Made by a program: the position numbers and the translations under genes. This document shows, in pieces, positions 1 to 11,714 of a stretch of DNA of 64,000 nt. This stretch comes from Tolypothrix carrinoi HA7290-LM1 (GTDB lineage: Bacteria > Cyanobacteriota > Cyanobacteriia > Cyanobacteriales > Nostocaceae). Below the pieces are notes generated by a model. The model worked only from the letters and a program-made list of their open reading frames with translations, made no database searches and was not told where the DNA came from. The DNA lies in contig JAHHIK010000008.1 of assembly GCA_019358935.1 (NCBI GenBank), positions 1 to 64,000 of the forward strand, in the 5' to 3' direction. Position 1 is the first letter of the stretch. Every line of letters begins with the position of its first letter.

Positions 1-324
1 ATTGAAGACTTGCTTGATACTTTGCCGGAACCACTAAAAGAAAATATCACGGCGCTTGGTTAACCCTGCATCGTAGCTTTCATCCCCTGGCTAAAGCCAA
101 GGGGTTTTCAGCATACCTCTTATAAGAAAACTTTCTGTGTTCACATAGATAAACGTTTAAGAGTATTCCAAATGCCAACAGAACTGCGGTTCGTAGGTTG
201 GGTTGAACGAGTGTCCAACCCAACTTAGTGCTCATCTTTCTCCAAATCTCACGCCAAAACGCAAAGACTCAAAGTTTTCCTTTGCGTCTCTGCGTCTTTG
301 CGTGAGCCTTTTCTCTTAAATTCC

Positions 325-2103
325 CTACGATGCCACTTGAGCAGCAGTGCGAGTACGACGCCTTCTGCCGTCGGTAGCAACTTTCACAGGAGGTTCATCA
401 GGAGTTTGCATTAACAAAGTTACAGATGGTTGACATTGCAATTCCTTTCTGATGGATCGTTGCAATTCCCGCTCTAAAACGCCTTGCAATCCACCCCAGT
501 CCATCTCTGATTGCTCGCTTTCAAAGCCAGGATTGGTAAATTCAGACCAACGCACGCTGAGAATTTCTTCAATCCGCTGTTGCACCCACTTTTGCAGCAG
601 CGATCGCTCTATACTTGTCACCACCCCGCGCAGGTGAATTTCTGGTTTTGCCATCAGCTTGCCATGCCAATCAATAGCCGCAGCGATGGTGACGATACCT
701 TCTGAAGCCATGCGTTGCCGTTCTTGCAATACTTTGGCGCTAACCATGCCAGAACTAGAAGTATCTACCAGTTCTATGCCAGATGGCACTTTCCCTGCAA
801 CTTTAATAGAATTTTCCGTTAATTCTATTACATCGCCATTCTGTATAATCACCATATTCTCTGCCGGAATGCCGACACTTTGAGCCGTCTGGGAGTGCTT
901 CACCAGCATTCGATGTTCACCGTGAATCGGCAAGAAGAACTTGGGTCGAGTCAATGCCATCATCAGCTTTTGGTCTTCTTGACAGCCGTGACCGGAAACG
1001 TGTATTCCTTTTTCTCTACCGTAAATTACATTTGCGCCCTGCATCATCAACTTATCGATAGTGTTGACGACGGCGATCGTATTTCCGGGAATCGGGTTAG
1101 CAGAGAATACCACTGTATCGCCTTGCCTGATTCTGATATGAGGATGTTCTTTGTTAGCAATCCGTGTCATTGCTGACATCGGTTCACCCTGAGAACCCGT
1201 AGTCAAAATCAGCACTTTATCTTCTGGTAAATTCCGAACCGCGTGTAACGGCTGTAAAAGATTATCTTCGCACTTGATGTAACCCAGATTACGCGCATGG
1301 GCAATCAAATTCAGCATTGAACGCCCGACAACCGCCACAACTCGGTTATACTTCTGCGCTAGCTGTAAAGTCATGTTGATGCGATGCACGCTGGAAGCGA
1401 AGGTAGTCACGAACAGTCGCCCAGGTGTTTGCATGAAGATGCGCTCTAGGTTGGGATAAACTGAACGTTCTGAAGGGGTAAATCCGGGTACTTCTGAGTT
1501 AGTTGAGTCACTCATCAAACAAAGTACGCCTTTTTCGCCGTGTTCGGCTAACCGTTGCAAGTCAAAATGCTCGCCATCGACTGGGGTATGGTCAAATTTA
1601 AAGTCCCCTGTGTGAATAATTACACCAACGGGCGTGTTAATTGCCACAGTGAAACTATCGGCGATGGAATGAGTATTACGGATATACTCGACTACAAATG
1701 ATTTGCCAAATCGCACGACATCACGGGGTCTGACTGTTCTTAATTCCGTGCGATCGCGTACACCAGCTTCTTCTAATTTCCCTTCTAGCATTGCCAGTGC
1801 TAGTCTCGGACCATAAATCACCGGAATGTCAAATTGCTTGAGGTGAAAAGCGATACCCCCGATATGGTCTTCATGACCGTGGGTAACGATCATCCCTTTA
1901 ATTTTGTGGCGATTTTCCCGCAGATAAGTTGTATCCGGCAGAACAATGTTTACTCCGTGCATTGCCTCTGTCGGAAAAGCCAAACCTGCATCTAACAGGA
2001 TAATTTCGTCTTCATACTCGAAAACGCAGGTATTTTTACCAATTTCATGTAAGCCGCCCAATGGAATGATTTTTAGGGCGGAGTTAGCTTCGTTTTTAGC
2101 CAT
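325..2103 (-). CDS. rnj: Ribonuclease J
   Basis: Metallo-beta-lactamase/beta-CASP motifs LGGLHEIGKN, THGHEDHIG, HTGDFK, HVSGH. Confidence 0.96.
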   Translation of the reverse strand: MAKNEANSALKIIPLGGLHEIGKNTCVFEYEDEIILLDAGLAFPTEAMHGVNIVLPDTTYLRENRHKIKGMIVTHGHEDHIGGIAFHLKQFDIPVIYGPRLALAMLEGKLEEAGVRDRTELRTVRPRDVVRFGKSFVVEYIRNTHSIADSFTVAINTPVGVIIHTGDFKFDHTPVDGEHFDLQRLAEHGEKGVLCLMSDSTNSEVPGFTPSERSVYPNLERIFMQTPGRLFVTTFASSVHRINMTLQLAQKYNRVVAVVGRSMLNLIAHARNLGYIKCEDNLLQPLHAVRNLPEDKVLILTTGSQGEPMSAMTRIANKEHPHIRIRQGDTVVFSANPIPGNTIAVVNTIDKLMMQGANVIYGREKGIHVSGHGCQEDQKLMMALTRPKFFLPIHGEHRMLVKHSQTAQSVGIPAENMVIIQNGDVIELTENSIKVAGKVPSGIELVDTSSSGMVSAKVLQERQRMASEGIVTIAAAIDWHGKLMAKPEIHLRGVVTSIERSLLQKWVQQRIEEILSVRWSEFTNPGFESEQSEMDWGGLQGVLERELQRSIRKELQCQPSVTLLMQTPDEPPVKVATDGRRRRTRTAAQVAS

Positions 2104-2364
2104 TTTCTCCTGGATTGTTGTTTGCGGTTAATAAGTTGTAAGTAAGCTGTCTTCTATTACAGGCAACAGTATTTGTCTTTTATGTCACTTTGAAAAAGCG
2201 TGAATTTTAAATTCAGATGGAACTGTTGTTCAATAAAATTGACTTTACACACTGAAATTTCATACTATATCGTTAGTCTTAACACAGGCTTCATCTGTAC
2301 AACCTGGTTAGAATTACGTCTTTTTCTCAGTAACTGCGGAGCGCCAAAATTTGCTTGTTTCTCA

Positions 2365-3261
2365 TCAAGTTTGTGCTTGAATTAAATTAAGTTCCTGAAG
2401 AACCGACTTTAATTTTTGAGTTACTTCTGCGTCGGCTTCACACAGCGGTAGACGAGTTGAACCTACCTCCCAACCTTGAAGTTGCAAAGCTTTCTTAAGT
2501 GGAATGGGATTTGTAGTTTTAAATAAAGCTTTAAACAACGGAAATAGTTGCAAATGAATCTCAGTAGCAACTTGAGTTTTTCCCGCTGAAAAGGCTTGGA
2601 TCATCTGCTGTAGTTGGTTTCCTACCAGATGACTTGCCACACTAACTACTCCCTTTGCCCCGATCGCTAACAAAGGCAAAGTTAGTGAATCATCTCCAGA
2701 GTAAATCTGAAATTCTTTCGGTGTCAAGCGGCGAATTTCACTTGCCTGGTCTATATTACCGCTAGCTTCTTTGATCCCGACAATGTTGTTTACCTCGGCT
2801 AAACCTGCTACTGTTTCTGCACTGAGGTTTTGACCAGTACGACCTGGGACATTGTATAACAACATTGGGAGGTCGGGACAGGCAAGGGCTATCGCCTGAA
2901 AGTGCGCTTTTAAGCCGGCTTGCGGCGGTTTGTTGTAATAAGGTACAACTTGTAAAGATCCATCTATTCCTATTTTAGCGGCTTTTTGAGTAGCTGCGAT
3001 CGCTTCTTTCGTAGAATTAGAACCACATCCTGCCATTATTTTAGCTTTTCCTGCAACCGCTTCGGACACCACAACAAACAACTGATATTCCTCTTCCCAA
3101 GTTAAAGAAGGTGATTCCCCAGTTGTTCCGCATACCACCAGTGTATCTGTACCGTTTTTCGCTAGATGTGCTGCCAATTCTGCGGCTACATCGTAATTAA
3201 CACTGCCGTCTGCTTTAAACGGCGTAATCATCGCGGTTAAAACTCTACCAAAATCTACCAC
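2365..3261 (-). CDS. dapA: 4-hydroxy-tetrahydrodipicolinate synthase
   Basis: [29 protein letters not shown] motifs; next to asd. Confidence 0.96.
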   Translation of the reverse strand: MVDFGRVLTAMITPFKADGSVNYDVAAELAAHLAKNGTDTLVVCGTTGESPSLTWEEEYQLFVVVSEAVAGKAKIMAGCGSNSTKEAIAATQKAAKIGIDGSLQVVPYYNKPPQAGLKAHFQAIALACPDLPMLLYNVPGRTGQNLSAETVAGLAEVNNIVGIKEASGNIDQASEIRRLTPKEFQIYSGDDSLTLPLLAIGAKGVVSVASHLVGNQLQQMIQAFSAGKTQVATEIHLQLFPLFKALFKTTNPIPLKKALQLQGWEVGSTRLPLCEADAEVTQKLKSVLQELNLIQAQT

Positions 3262-3425
3262 CCTTTTTTCACTCCTAATTAAATGGATGCTATTTTTTTG
3301 TATCTTGGTGGCTTTCTCTTGTCATAACCGATCTGCAAATTGCTATAATAGCGTGATTCGCACATTTTCATTTCTTTTTCTGTATCTTGGTTAGCAATTT
3401 TCGCGATATAAATTTACTTTTTTTC

Positions 3426-4460
3426 TTAACTAGAAACGTAACTTGCCATCGGTTTGAGTATATTTTTTTCTACCAACAACTCAGCAATTTGCACTGCATT
3501 TAACGCCGCGCCTTTACGAATTTGGTCGCCACACAGCCACAGTTCTAATCCGCACGGATGAGATATATCCTGACGAATTCTCCCAACTAAAACGTCATCT
3601 TGCCCGCTAGCTTCAATTGGCATCGGAAAATGATTTGTTTCCCAATTTTCTACCAATTTTATACCAGGGGAATTACTTAAAATTTCTCTCGCTGATTCCA
3701 CACTAAAAGGTGTGGCAAATTCTAGATTAATTGCTTCCGAGTGAGCGCGAAGTACGGGAACCCGTACACAAGTTGCGGTAATTCTTATATCTTGATTTCC
3801 AAATATTTTTCGGGTTTCGTTAACCATTTTCATTTCTTCCTCGCAGTATCCCAAATCATTCAATGGGGAGTTATGCGGAAATAAATTAAACGCTAACGGG
3901 TAAGGAAATACTTCCGCAACTGGTTTTTGTCCTTGTAAAATGGCGTTTGTTTGGGTTGTTACTTCTGCCATTGCTTTCGCACCGGCGCCACTAGCAGATT
4001 GATAAGTTGCAGCGACAATGCGCTGTACAGGCTTAACTTGATGCAATGGATAGACTGCTAACGCCATTAAAATTGTCGTACAGTTGGGGTTAGCAATAAT
4101 GCCAGTATGGTTAGCTGCGGCTTGGGGATTTACCTCTGGAACTACTAAAGGGACTTCTGGATTCATCCGAAAAGCGCTGGAATTATCAATTACCACCGCA
4201 CCTGCTGCGACAGCTTTTGGTGCCCAAAGTTTGGATATCGAACCTCCGGCGCTAGCCAGCACAATATCTACATTATCAAAGGCATCATCGCTTACTGCCT
4301 CTACTGGTAAATTTTCCCCTTTAAACGGTAGAGTCTGCCCTGCACTACGAGCGGACGCTAATAACTTTAAATTATCAACTGGAAAATTACGACTTTCTAA
4401 CAATTGCAGTAATTCTTTGCCAACTGCACCAGTCGCTCCTAAAATAGCTATACTATACAA
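3426..4460 (-). CDS. asd: Aspartate-semialdehyde dehydrogenase
   Basis: GATGAVG, NSSAFRM, ANPNCTT, CVRVPV, KGAALNAVQIAE. Confidence 0.96.
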   Translation of the reverse strand: MYSIAILGATGAVGKELLQLLESRNFPVDNLKLLASARSAGQTLPFKGENLPVEAVSDDAFDNVDIVLASAGGSISKLWAPKAVAAGAVVIDNSSAFRMNPEVPLVVPEVNPQAAANHTGIIANPNCTTILMALAVYPLHQVKPVQRIVAATYQSASGAGAKAMAEVTTQTNAILQGQKPVAEVFPYPLAFNLFPHNSPLNDLGYCEEEMKMVNETRKIFGNQDIRITATCVRVPVLRAHSEAINLEFATPFSVESAREILSNSPGIKLVENWETNHFPMPIEASGQDDVLVGRIRQDISHPCGLELWLCGDQIRKGAALNAVQIAELLVEKNILKPMASYVSS

Positions 4461-4952
4461 ATTTGCTGACTCCTTACTTGATAAGTTGTTATTTGCAATT
4501 TTTTGTTGGTCAAATCCCTAATTTATCCATATTTAATTATCAATCTTCTGATATAAAATAAATCTCAATAGTTCCAGATGGTATCTTTTAATCTAATACA
4601 TTATTTATTTTATTGGTCATATTAGTAATGTTGCAATTTACAACAATTACTTGCGAAAAATCCTACCAATTTAAAATAAACATTATACAACAAACTGTTA
4701 TTTAGCGTGAAAACAAGTTTGATATCTGCACTCTTGTTGCCGTATAAGGCGGATGGCGATCGCCTAAATCTTCCATTCTCTGTAAACTAGGTTGCCAGAA
4801 TGATGGATATACTATGATGCAAATGGACGTTTTTGAGCTATACCTCAAGGCAACTGGCGCTTGAGGCTAAAAGCACAAAGACGAACTGCTAGTTGAGAAC
4901 CAGGATATCACGGTGTAAGCCCGACGAAAAACTAATTTCGATTTGGGATCGG

Positions 4953-5128
4953 GGGGAATGGGGAATGGGGAATGGGGAATGGGTAATGGGGTAATGGGTA
5001 ATGGGGGAATGGGTAATGGGGTAATGGTTTTGTCCAATTACCAATTCACAATTACCTTTTTCCCAATTACCAATGCCCAATGCCCAATGCCCTATGCCCA
5101 ATGCCCAATGCCCCATGCCCCATGCCCC
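4953..5128. repeat. STRR-type heptamer tandem repeats (TGGGGAA/TGGGTAA followed by complementary CCCAATG/CCCCATG)
   Basis: Visible tandem heptamers arranged as two mutually inverted blocks. Confidence 0.9.
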
Positions 5129-5282
5129 ACGTAAAGTTATTACGCGATTAGTGTCAAGTGCTTTGACATTAGCAGTAAACTGGATCTCTGCTGAAGGGCA
5201 TCCATTTTTCAATTTAGACGCTCTACATGGTGTGCGTCTCTAGTCCACTCCGAGTAAAAATAGCAGACAACACAGACGAAGC

Positions 5283-6692
5283 ATGAAAGTCACCCAGGAA
5301 AAACTTCCCGCTAGCCAAATAGGGCTGGAAATCGAGATTACGCCAGAAATGACTAAGCAAACTTACGAAAAGGTCATTAAGAACTTCACTAAAGATGCTA
5401 ATATTCCTGGGTTTCGCAAAGGCAAGGTGCCTCGCCCCATATTGCTACAGCGCATCGGTACAGCTAGAGTTAAGGCAGCAGCACTGGAAGAAATAATTCA
5501 AGATGGCATCGAGAAAGCGGTAAAACAAGAAAACATCCAGGCGATCGGACAACCGCAGTTGCGATCGTCGTTTGAGGAATTGATTAATAATTATGAACCG
5601 GGCAAAGCTCTGATATTTTCCGCCGGTGTAGATGTAGAACCGGAAGTAAATCTGGTTAAGTATACTGACTTTGAAGTTAAAGCTGAGGAAGTAAAATCCG
5701 ATCCAGAGAAAGTGGATACAGTCCTAGAGAGCCAACGTCAGGAAATGGGAACATTAATTCCTGTGGAAGGACGTGCAGCGCAAATCGGCGATGTGGCTGT
5801 GGTGGATTTTAAAGGTGTGTACTTCAAAGGAGAAGACGAAACCGCAGAACCCGAGCCAATTCCTGGTGGAGAAGCAGAGGATTTTCAAGTAGAGTTGCAG
5901 GAAGATAAGTTTATTCCCGGTTTTGTGACGGGGATGGTAGGGATGAATCCTGGGGAAACCAAAGAAATTTCCGCTCAGTTTCCCGATCCCTATGCGAATG
6001 AAGAATTAGCCGGAAAAGCCGCAAAATTCACGGTAACGCTCAAAGAAATTAAAGAAAAAGAGCTACCGGAATTAAATGATGATTTGGCTCAAGAAATGAG
6101 CGATTTTGATACTTTAGCCGAATTGCGTGCTTCTTTAGAAGAGCGATATGAAAAAGAGGCTGCTACCAAAACTAAAGCAAATAAACAGGAAGCTTTGTTA
6201 GCAGAATTGCTCAAGCACGTTGAAGTAGACTTACCAGAAACGATGATTTCGCAAGAAGTCGATCAGATGCTGACGCAAACAGCGATGCGACTTTCTCAAC
6301 AGGGGTTGGATGTTAAGAAGCTGTTTACCCAAGATATTATTCCTCAGTTGCGAGAGCGATCGCGCCCGGAAGCAATTGAACGCTTAAAGCGATCGCTTGC
6401 ACTTATAGAAATCGGTAAACGCGAGTCCATCGAAGCCACACCCGAAGAAATCGAAGCAAGAGTCACACAACTGATGCAAGAGTACGCAGATCAAGATGTT
6501 GATCCCGAAAGACTCCGCGCAGTAGTCGAAAATGAACTATCAACCGAAAAAATCGTCGATTGGCTGATAGAACACTCATCAGTTGAACTTGTACCTGAAG
6601 GTTCTCTAACTCCTCAAGAAGAAGCATCACCGGAATTAGAAGCAGCAGCACCTGAGATAGAGGAACAAAACGGCGAATCTACTCCAGAGTAG
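5283..6692 (+). CDS. tig: Trigger factor
   Basis: IPGFRKGKVP ribosome-binding signature, FKBP-like middle domain, upstream of clpP-clpX. Confidence 0.96.
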   Translation: MKVTQEKLPASQIGLEIEITPEMTKQTYEKVIKNFTKDANIPGFRKGKVPRPILLQRIGTARVKAAALEEIIQDGIEKAVKQENIQAIGQPQLRSSFEELINNYEPGKALIFSAGVDVEPEVNLVKYTDFEVKAEEVKSDPEKVDTVLESQRQEMGTLIPVEGRAAQIGDVAVVDFKGVYFKGEDETAEPEPIPGGEAEDFQVELQEDKFIPGFVTGMVGMNPGETKEISAQFPDPYANEELAGKAAKFTVTLKEIKEKELPELNDDLAQEMSDFDTLAELRASLEERYEKEAATKTKANKQEALLAELLKHVEVDLPETMISQEVDQMLTQTAMRLSQQGLDVKKLFTQDIIPQLRERSRPEAIERLKRSLALIEIGKRESIEATPEEIEARVTQLMQEYADQDVDPERLRAVVENELSTEKIVDWLIEHSSVELVPEGSLTPQEEASPELEAAAPEIEEQNGESTPE

Positions 6693-6699
6693 AGAGATA

Positions 6700-6865
6700 G
6701 GGGGGCAGGGGGGCAGGGGGACAAGGAGACAAGGAGACAAGGGGACAAGGAGACAAGGGGGACAAGGGGGACAAGGGGGACAAGGACGAATTTCTCCCTT
6801 GTCTTCCCCCTCTCCCCATCCCCCCTCTCCCCATCTCCCCATCCCCCTCTCCCCATCCCCCCTCT
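6700..6865. repeat. Short tandem repeats (GG(G)GACAAG units, then CCCCATC/CCCCCTCT pyrimidine block)
   Basis: Directly visible; the ORFs over it are low-complexity artefacts. Confidence 0.85.
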
Positions 6866-7027
6866 TTTATACCCAGATTACCGCCCAAGCTTGATAGTGT
6901 GTAACACGAGAGCTATTTATATAAGGCATAATGGTTAACACATAGCTAAAATACAAATCAAATTCGCTGGTGTTAGGCAGCAAAAGCTGCTTTAATCTTT
7001 GTCCTAATTATTCTCAAACGTTCTTTT

Positions 7028-7723
7028 ATGCTTATATCGCAGTCGGGAAATGACCCAATCAACAGTTTGGGTCTAAGACAAATTAACTCTCAAAGCAGCC
7101 CTAGCAACATCGTCCCGATGGTGGTAGAGCAATCTGGTATGGGAGAAAGAGCTTTCGATATCTTCTCCCGCTTGCTGCGAGAGCGGATTATCTTTTTGGG
7201 AACGCCAATCGACGATACTATTGCTAACTCAATTGTTGCCCAGTTGCTGTTTTTGGATTCGGAAGACTCAGAAAAAGACATTCAACTGTACATTAATTCT
7301 CCGGGCGGCTCCGTCTACGCAGGAATGGCGATCTATGATACAATACAACAAATTCGCCCGGATGTTGTAACTATTTGTTTCGGATTAGCTGCGAGCATGG
7401 GGGCGTTTCTGCTGACTGCTGGAACCGCTGGTAAGCGGATGTCTCTACCCGATTCCCGAATTATGATTCACCAACCGCTTGGTGGCGCTCAAGGGCAAGC
7501 AATCGACATAGAAATTCAGGCAAGAGAAATTCTTTACATTAAGTCAAAGTTGAATCAGTTATTGTCTGAGCATACTGGTCAACCCTTAGAAAGAATCGAG
7601 GCTGATACTGAGCGCGACTTCTTCATGTCGGCAGAAGAAGCGAAAAACTACGGTTTGATCGACCAAGTTATTTCCAGACAAAATCTACCCACCGCTGGGG
7701 AAAACGTCACCATTGTGAAATAA
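7028..7723 (+). CDS. clpP: ATP-dependent Clp protease proteolytic subunit
   Basis: YINSPGG, GLAASMG, IMIHQP, TERDFFM. Confidence 0.96.
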   Translation: MLISQSGNDPINSLGLRQINSQSSPSNIVPMVVEQSGMGERAFDIFSRLLRERIIFLGTPIDDTIANSIVAQLLFLDSEDSEKDIQLYINSPGGSVYAGMAIYDTIQQIRPDVVTICFGLAASMGAFLLTAGTAGKRMSLPDSRIMIHQPLGGAQGQAIDIEIQAREILYIKSKLNQLLSEHTGQPLERIEADTERDFFMSAEEAKNYGLIDQVISRQNLPTAGENVTIVK

Positions 7724-7732
7724 GAGGCTGGT

Positions 7733-9085
7733 ATGGCTGGTATGACTAAGTACGACTCCCATTTAAAATGTTCATTTTGTGGCAAGTCTCAAGAGCAGGT
7801 GCGTAAATTAATCGCCGGACCAGGAGTCTACATATGCGATGAATGCGTTGACTTGTGTAATGAAATACTAGATGAGGAGTTACTCGACACGAATGGTGCG
7901 GCAACACCACCAGCCGCACCCCGGTCAGAACCACCTCAAAAACGTCGCGCTCGGTCTAACAGTATCTCATTTAATCAAATACCCAAGCCACAAGAGATTA
8001 AGAAATATCTCGACGAACACGTTATTGGTCAAGATGAAGCCAAGAAAGTGCTGTCAGTGGCGGTTTACAATCATTATAAACGATTGGCGATCGTCCAGTC
8101 TAAAGGCAGTGGCAAACCTGGGGCAGATGATGCTGTAGAGTTGCAAAAGTCCAACATTTTGCTGATGGGACCGACCGGTTGCGGTAAAACCCTGTTAGCA
8201 CAAACTTTGGCGAAAATTTTAGATGTACCCTTTGCCGTCGCTGATGCCACAACGCTGACGGAAGCCGGGTATGTAGGAGAAGATGTAGAAAATATCTTGC
8301 TGCGACTGTTGCAAGTAGCCGATTTGGATGTGGAAGAAGCCCAAAGAGGAATAATCTACATCGACGAAATAGACAAGATTGCTCGCAAAAGCGAGAACCC
8401 CTCAATTACGCGGGATGTTTCTGGCGAAGGCGTGCAGCAAGCTTTGCTGAAGATGTTAGAAGGAACGATCGCCAACGTACCACCCCAAGGAGGACGCAAG
8501 CACCCGTATCAAGATTGTATTCAAATTGATACAAGTAATATTTTATTCATCTGCGGCGGGGCTTTTGTAGGTCTGGAGAAAGTTGTAGATCAGAGAGTTG
8601 GCAAAAAGTCAATGGGCTTTGTCCAACCTGGAGAAGGTGTATCCAAAGAAAAGCGAGTGGCAGATACTCTGCGCCATCTAGAACCAGATGATTTAGTGAA
8701 GTTTGGGATGATTCCCGAATTCATTGGACGGATACCAATGGTAGCAGTAGTAGATCCGTTGGATGAAGAAGCACTGATGGCGATTATGACGCAACCCCGC
8801 AGCGCCTTGGTGAAGCAGTACCAAAAACTGCTGAAGATGGATAACGTCCAGCTAGACTTTAAACCAGATGCCTTAAAAGCGATCGCTACTGAAGCCTATC
8901 GCCGCAAAACAGGTGCTAGAGCGCTGCGTGGTATTGTGGAAGAACTGATGTTGGATGTAATGTACGAGTTACCCTCTCGTAAAGATGTGACTCGCTGTAC
9001 AGTAACGCGAGAGATGGTAGAGAAGCGATCAACTGCCGAATTGCTGATGCATCCATCCTCACTACCCAAGCCAGAATCAGCTTAA
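7733..9085 (+). CDS. clpX: Clp protease ATP-binding subunit ClpX (start may be 7742)
   Basis: C4 zinc finger CSFCGK...[29 protein letters not shown]. Confidence 0.97.
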   Translation: MAGMTKYDSHLKCSFCGKSQEQVRKLIAGPGVYICDECVDLCNEILDEELLDTNGAATPPAAPRSEPPQKRRARSNSISFNQIPKPQEIKKYLDEHVIGQDEAKKVLSVAVYNHYKRLAIVQSKGSGKPGADDAVELQKSNILLMGPTGCGKTLLAQTLAKILDVPFAVADATTLTEAGYVGEDVENILLRLLQVADLDVEEAQRGIIYIDEIDKIARKSENPSITRDVSGEGVQQALLKMLEGTIANVPPQGGRKHPYQDCIQIDTSNILFICGGAFVGLEKVVDQRVGKKSMGFVQPGEGVSKEKRVADTLRHLEPDDLVKFGMIPEFIGRIPMVAVVDPLDEEALMAIMTQPRSALVKQYQKLLKMDNVQLDFKPDALKAIATEAYRRKTGARALRGIVEELMLDVMYELPSRKDVTRCTVTREMVEKRSTAELLMHPSSLPKPESA

Positions 9086-9163
9086 AAAAAGATGAAGGAT
9101 CAAGGATGAAGGATAAAATTTTATCTTTCATCCTTTAAGTTTTACAGTTGACACTTAGTTTAG

Positions 9164-10066
9164 ATGCCTTACATAAGCGTTCGGGGTGTTGAGCACTACT
9201 ACGAGTGGATAAAAAAATTATCTGGTTCGCAGGTGAAACCAGTGATGGTTTTTATTCATGGTTGGGCGGGTTCGGCTAGGTATTGGCAAAGCACCGCTCA
9301 TGCTTTATCAGAAAAATTTGATTGTTTACTCTACGATTTGCGCGGCTTTGGGCGTTCCGGTGGACAACCAATTGTAACATGTGCAAGTGAATCTGTGGTT
9401 GAGTCAGTTGAGTCGCAGTCAGTAGAAGAAGAAGATCGAGCGATCGCTGAGTTAACTTATGAATTAGAAGAATACGCTGACGACTTGAAAGTGTTGCTAG
9501 ATAAGTTGCAACTACAGCAGGTTTATATTAATGCTCATTCAATGGGCGCGTCAATAGCCACTTTGTTTCTCAACCGCTACCCCGAACGAGTAGAACGAGC
9601 AATTTTGACTTGTAGCGGCATTTTTGAGTACGATGAAAAAGCGTTTGCAGCCTTTCATAAATTCGGTGGTTACGTAGTTAAATTCCGTCCCAAATGGTTA
9701 GGAAAAATACCATTTGTTGACCGAATGTTTATGGCGCGATTTCTACATCGTCCCATACCAGCGGCGGAACGTCAGGCTTTTTTGCAAGATTTTTTGGTAG
9801 CAGATTATGATGCTGCCTTAGGCACAATTTTTACTTCTGTAAGTAAAGCGGCATCTGAGTTAATGCCCGATGAATTCGCGAAAGTGACAGTTCCTACCTT
9901 GCTGGTGGCGGGGGAATATGACAAGATTATACCCGCTCAGATGGGGCATCAAGCAGCGGCATTAAACGATAAAGTTGAGTATGCCATGATTCCCCATACT
10001 GCTCATTTTCCGATGTTGGAAGACGCACCAACTTATTTACAGTTGGTGCGAGAGTTTTTGAATTAG
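9164..10066 (+). CDS. Alpha/beta fold hydrolase
   Basis: FIHGW, YDLRGFGRS, AHSMG nucleophile elbow, AHFPMLE. Confidence 0.88.
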   Translation: MPYISVRGVEHYYEWIKKLSGSQVKPVMVFIHGWAGSARYWQSTAHALSEKFDCLLYDLRGFGRSGGQPIVTCASESVVESVESQSVEEEDRAIAELTYELEEYADDLKVLLDKLQLQQVYINAHSMGASIATLFLNRYPERVERAILTCSGIFEYDEKAFAAFHKFGGYVVKFRPKWLGKIPFVDRMFMARFLHRPIPAAERQAFLQDFLVADYDAALGTIFTSVSKAASELMPDEFAKVTVPTLLVAGEYDKIIPAQMGHQAAALNDKVEYAMIPHTAHFPMLEDAPTYLQLVREFLN

Positions 10067-10295
10067 TTAGTTGATAGTTGTGAGTTGATGGTTGATAGTT
10101 GATAGTTGATGGTTGATAGTTGATGGTTGATAGTTGATGGTTGATGGTTGATAGTTGATAGTTGATAGTTGGAGCGTTGACGGTTAATAGTCAACAGTCA
10201 ACAGTTAACCACTAACCACTAACCACTAACCACTAACCACTAACCACTAACCACTAACCACTAACCACTAACCACTAACCACTAACCACTAACCA
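10066..10295. repeat. STRR heptamer arrays (TTGATAG/TTGATGG then AACCACT) between convergent genes
   Basis: Directly visible; the AACCACT array is perfect over about 12 units. Confidence 0.92.
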
Positions 10296-10312
10296 CGCTC
10301 CCATTTGTGAGA

Positions 10313-11305
10313 TTACCCCAAACCCAGTTCTCTTTTGAGCAAGTTAATCGATTTAGTACCAATGTAATTTTCGCTGCGAATCAGTTTAGGTGGACGAATA
10401 ATGTCCTCTTGAGCGGCTTGGACTGCGGCTTGGACTGCGGAAAAACTGACTTGATCGCTGCTAAAAATCACTTCGGCACGTTTAACGAGCGCTTGAAGTT
10501 TGTAGGCATCTTTTGGTTGAGAAGTCATCACGAGTAGTTCGTCTCCCCGAAAGCCGTGGATGATCACTTCTGTAGCGCGGAGAATGCCAGAACTGAGGCT
10601 GACTATGCCCACACAGCTATCTTTTGGTAGGGTTCTCACCAAATTGATTTCTTTGGCGTAGTCGTAGATATCTAGGGGAATGACTCGCACAGTTTTCGCT
10701 AGGGCGATCGCTTCCACTTCCGCGATAAAATACCGACTTGTAACCACAGTGGCAGAGGATGTTTGGTCTAACACTGTAATTAATTCTTCCATCGCTACCA
10801 ACTGTACTGGTATCTTCAGGGATTGTTCTAATTCATACATCATTAACTCGCCAGCACCAATATCTTGAGATGGAGCCGCCACTAGTACCCGCGCACTACA
10901 ACGCAAGCGCCAATCAATTTCTGCCAAGAATATCTCACGAGCTTGATTGAGCGAGCAGCCTTGAGAAAGCAGTTCATCCATTGCTAGTTGGACAACTTTG
11001 TATGCTTCGGGATGTTGCTTGAGAATTGGCGATTTCAGCCGACTTCCGCCCTCATGACCTTGAGCGCGGACGTAAATTCCGGAACCAGCGAGACTTTCGA
11101 CAAATCCCTCTTCTTCTAGCTGGCGGTAAACTTTGCTGATCGTATTGCGATGTAACCCCGTCTGCATCGCCAGCGCTCGCGTGCTTGGCAATTTGTACCC
11201 AGGTGGATATTGCCGGGAAGCGATCGCAAACCGGATTTGATTAAACAGCTGGGTTGATGCGGGAATTTCACTGTCTGGCTGAATACGGAATTGAATCATC
11301 ACCAA
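10313..11305 (-). CDS. plmA: GntR-family regulator, PlmA subfamily
   Basis: N-terminal GntR wHTH (LPSTRALAMQTGLHRNTISKVYRQL), ~330 aa, divergent from dienelactone hydrolase. Confidence 0.82.
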   Translation of the reverse strand: MVMIQFRIQPDSEIPASTQLFNQIRFAIASRQYPPGYKLPSTRALAMQTGLHRNTISKVYRQLEEEGFVESLAGSGIYVRAQGHEGGSRLKSPILKQHPEAYKVVQLAMDELLSQGCSLNQAREIFLAEIDWRLRCSARVLVAAPSQDIGAGELMMYELEQSLKIPVQLVAMEELITVLDQTSSATVVTSRYFIAEVEAIALAKTVRVIPLDIYDYAKEINLVRTLPKDSCVGIVSLSSGILRATEVIIHGFRGDELLVMTSQPKDAYKLQALVKRAEVIFSSDQVSFSAVQAAVQAAQEDIIRPPKLIRSENYIGTKSINLLKRELGLG

Positions 11306-11714
11306 ACCTCCTTCATGTGCTAGTAGTAGTATGCGACCAGCTGCATATGCTACTTGTCAAATATTTTATTCATACATGGAATTGATAGGCGTGGAAATTT
11401 CTTATGCAGTCAATAATTCCTAATTGGTAGTTTGATTTGAACTTGGGACTGGTGAGGCAGCGCGCACAATTTCATTGAGCGTTTCCCTCGGAAGGTGTAG
11501 TCGGGGGAGCGAAGGAAAACTGGGTACTGGGTACTGGGGAAAAAAATTATTCTTTATTTCTCATTTTTAATTTTTAATCAAGCGTCCCCAGTCGTCGGCA
11601 AAAGAAACAAGTGCGCTCAGAGTCGGAGAATCCGAAGAAAGCGACTTGTTGAGATGAAGTTGAGATCCTGGCATAGTTATATCTGATAATTACAAAGCAT
11701 GAGTAAAAATAATT

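Noticed and set aside
4889..6888. ORFs 4889..5212, 4943..5134, 6614..6856, 6636..6842, 6679..6888
   Set aside because: Low-complexity translations of tandem repeats.
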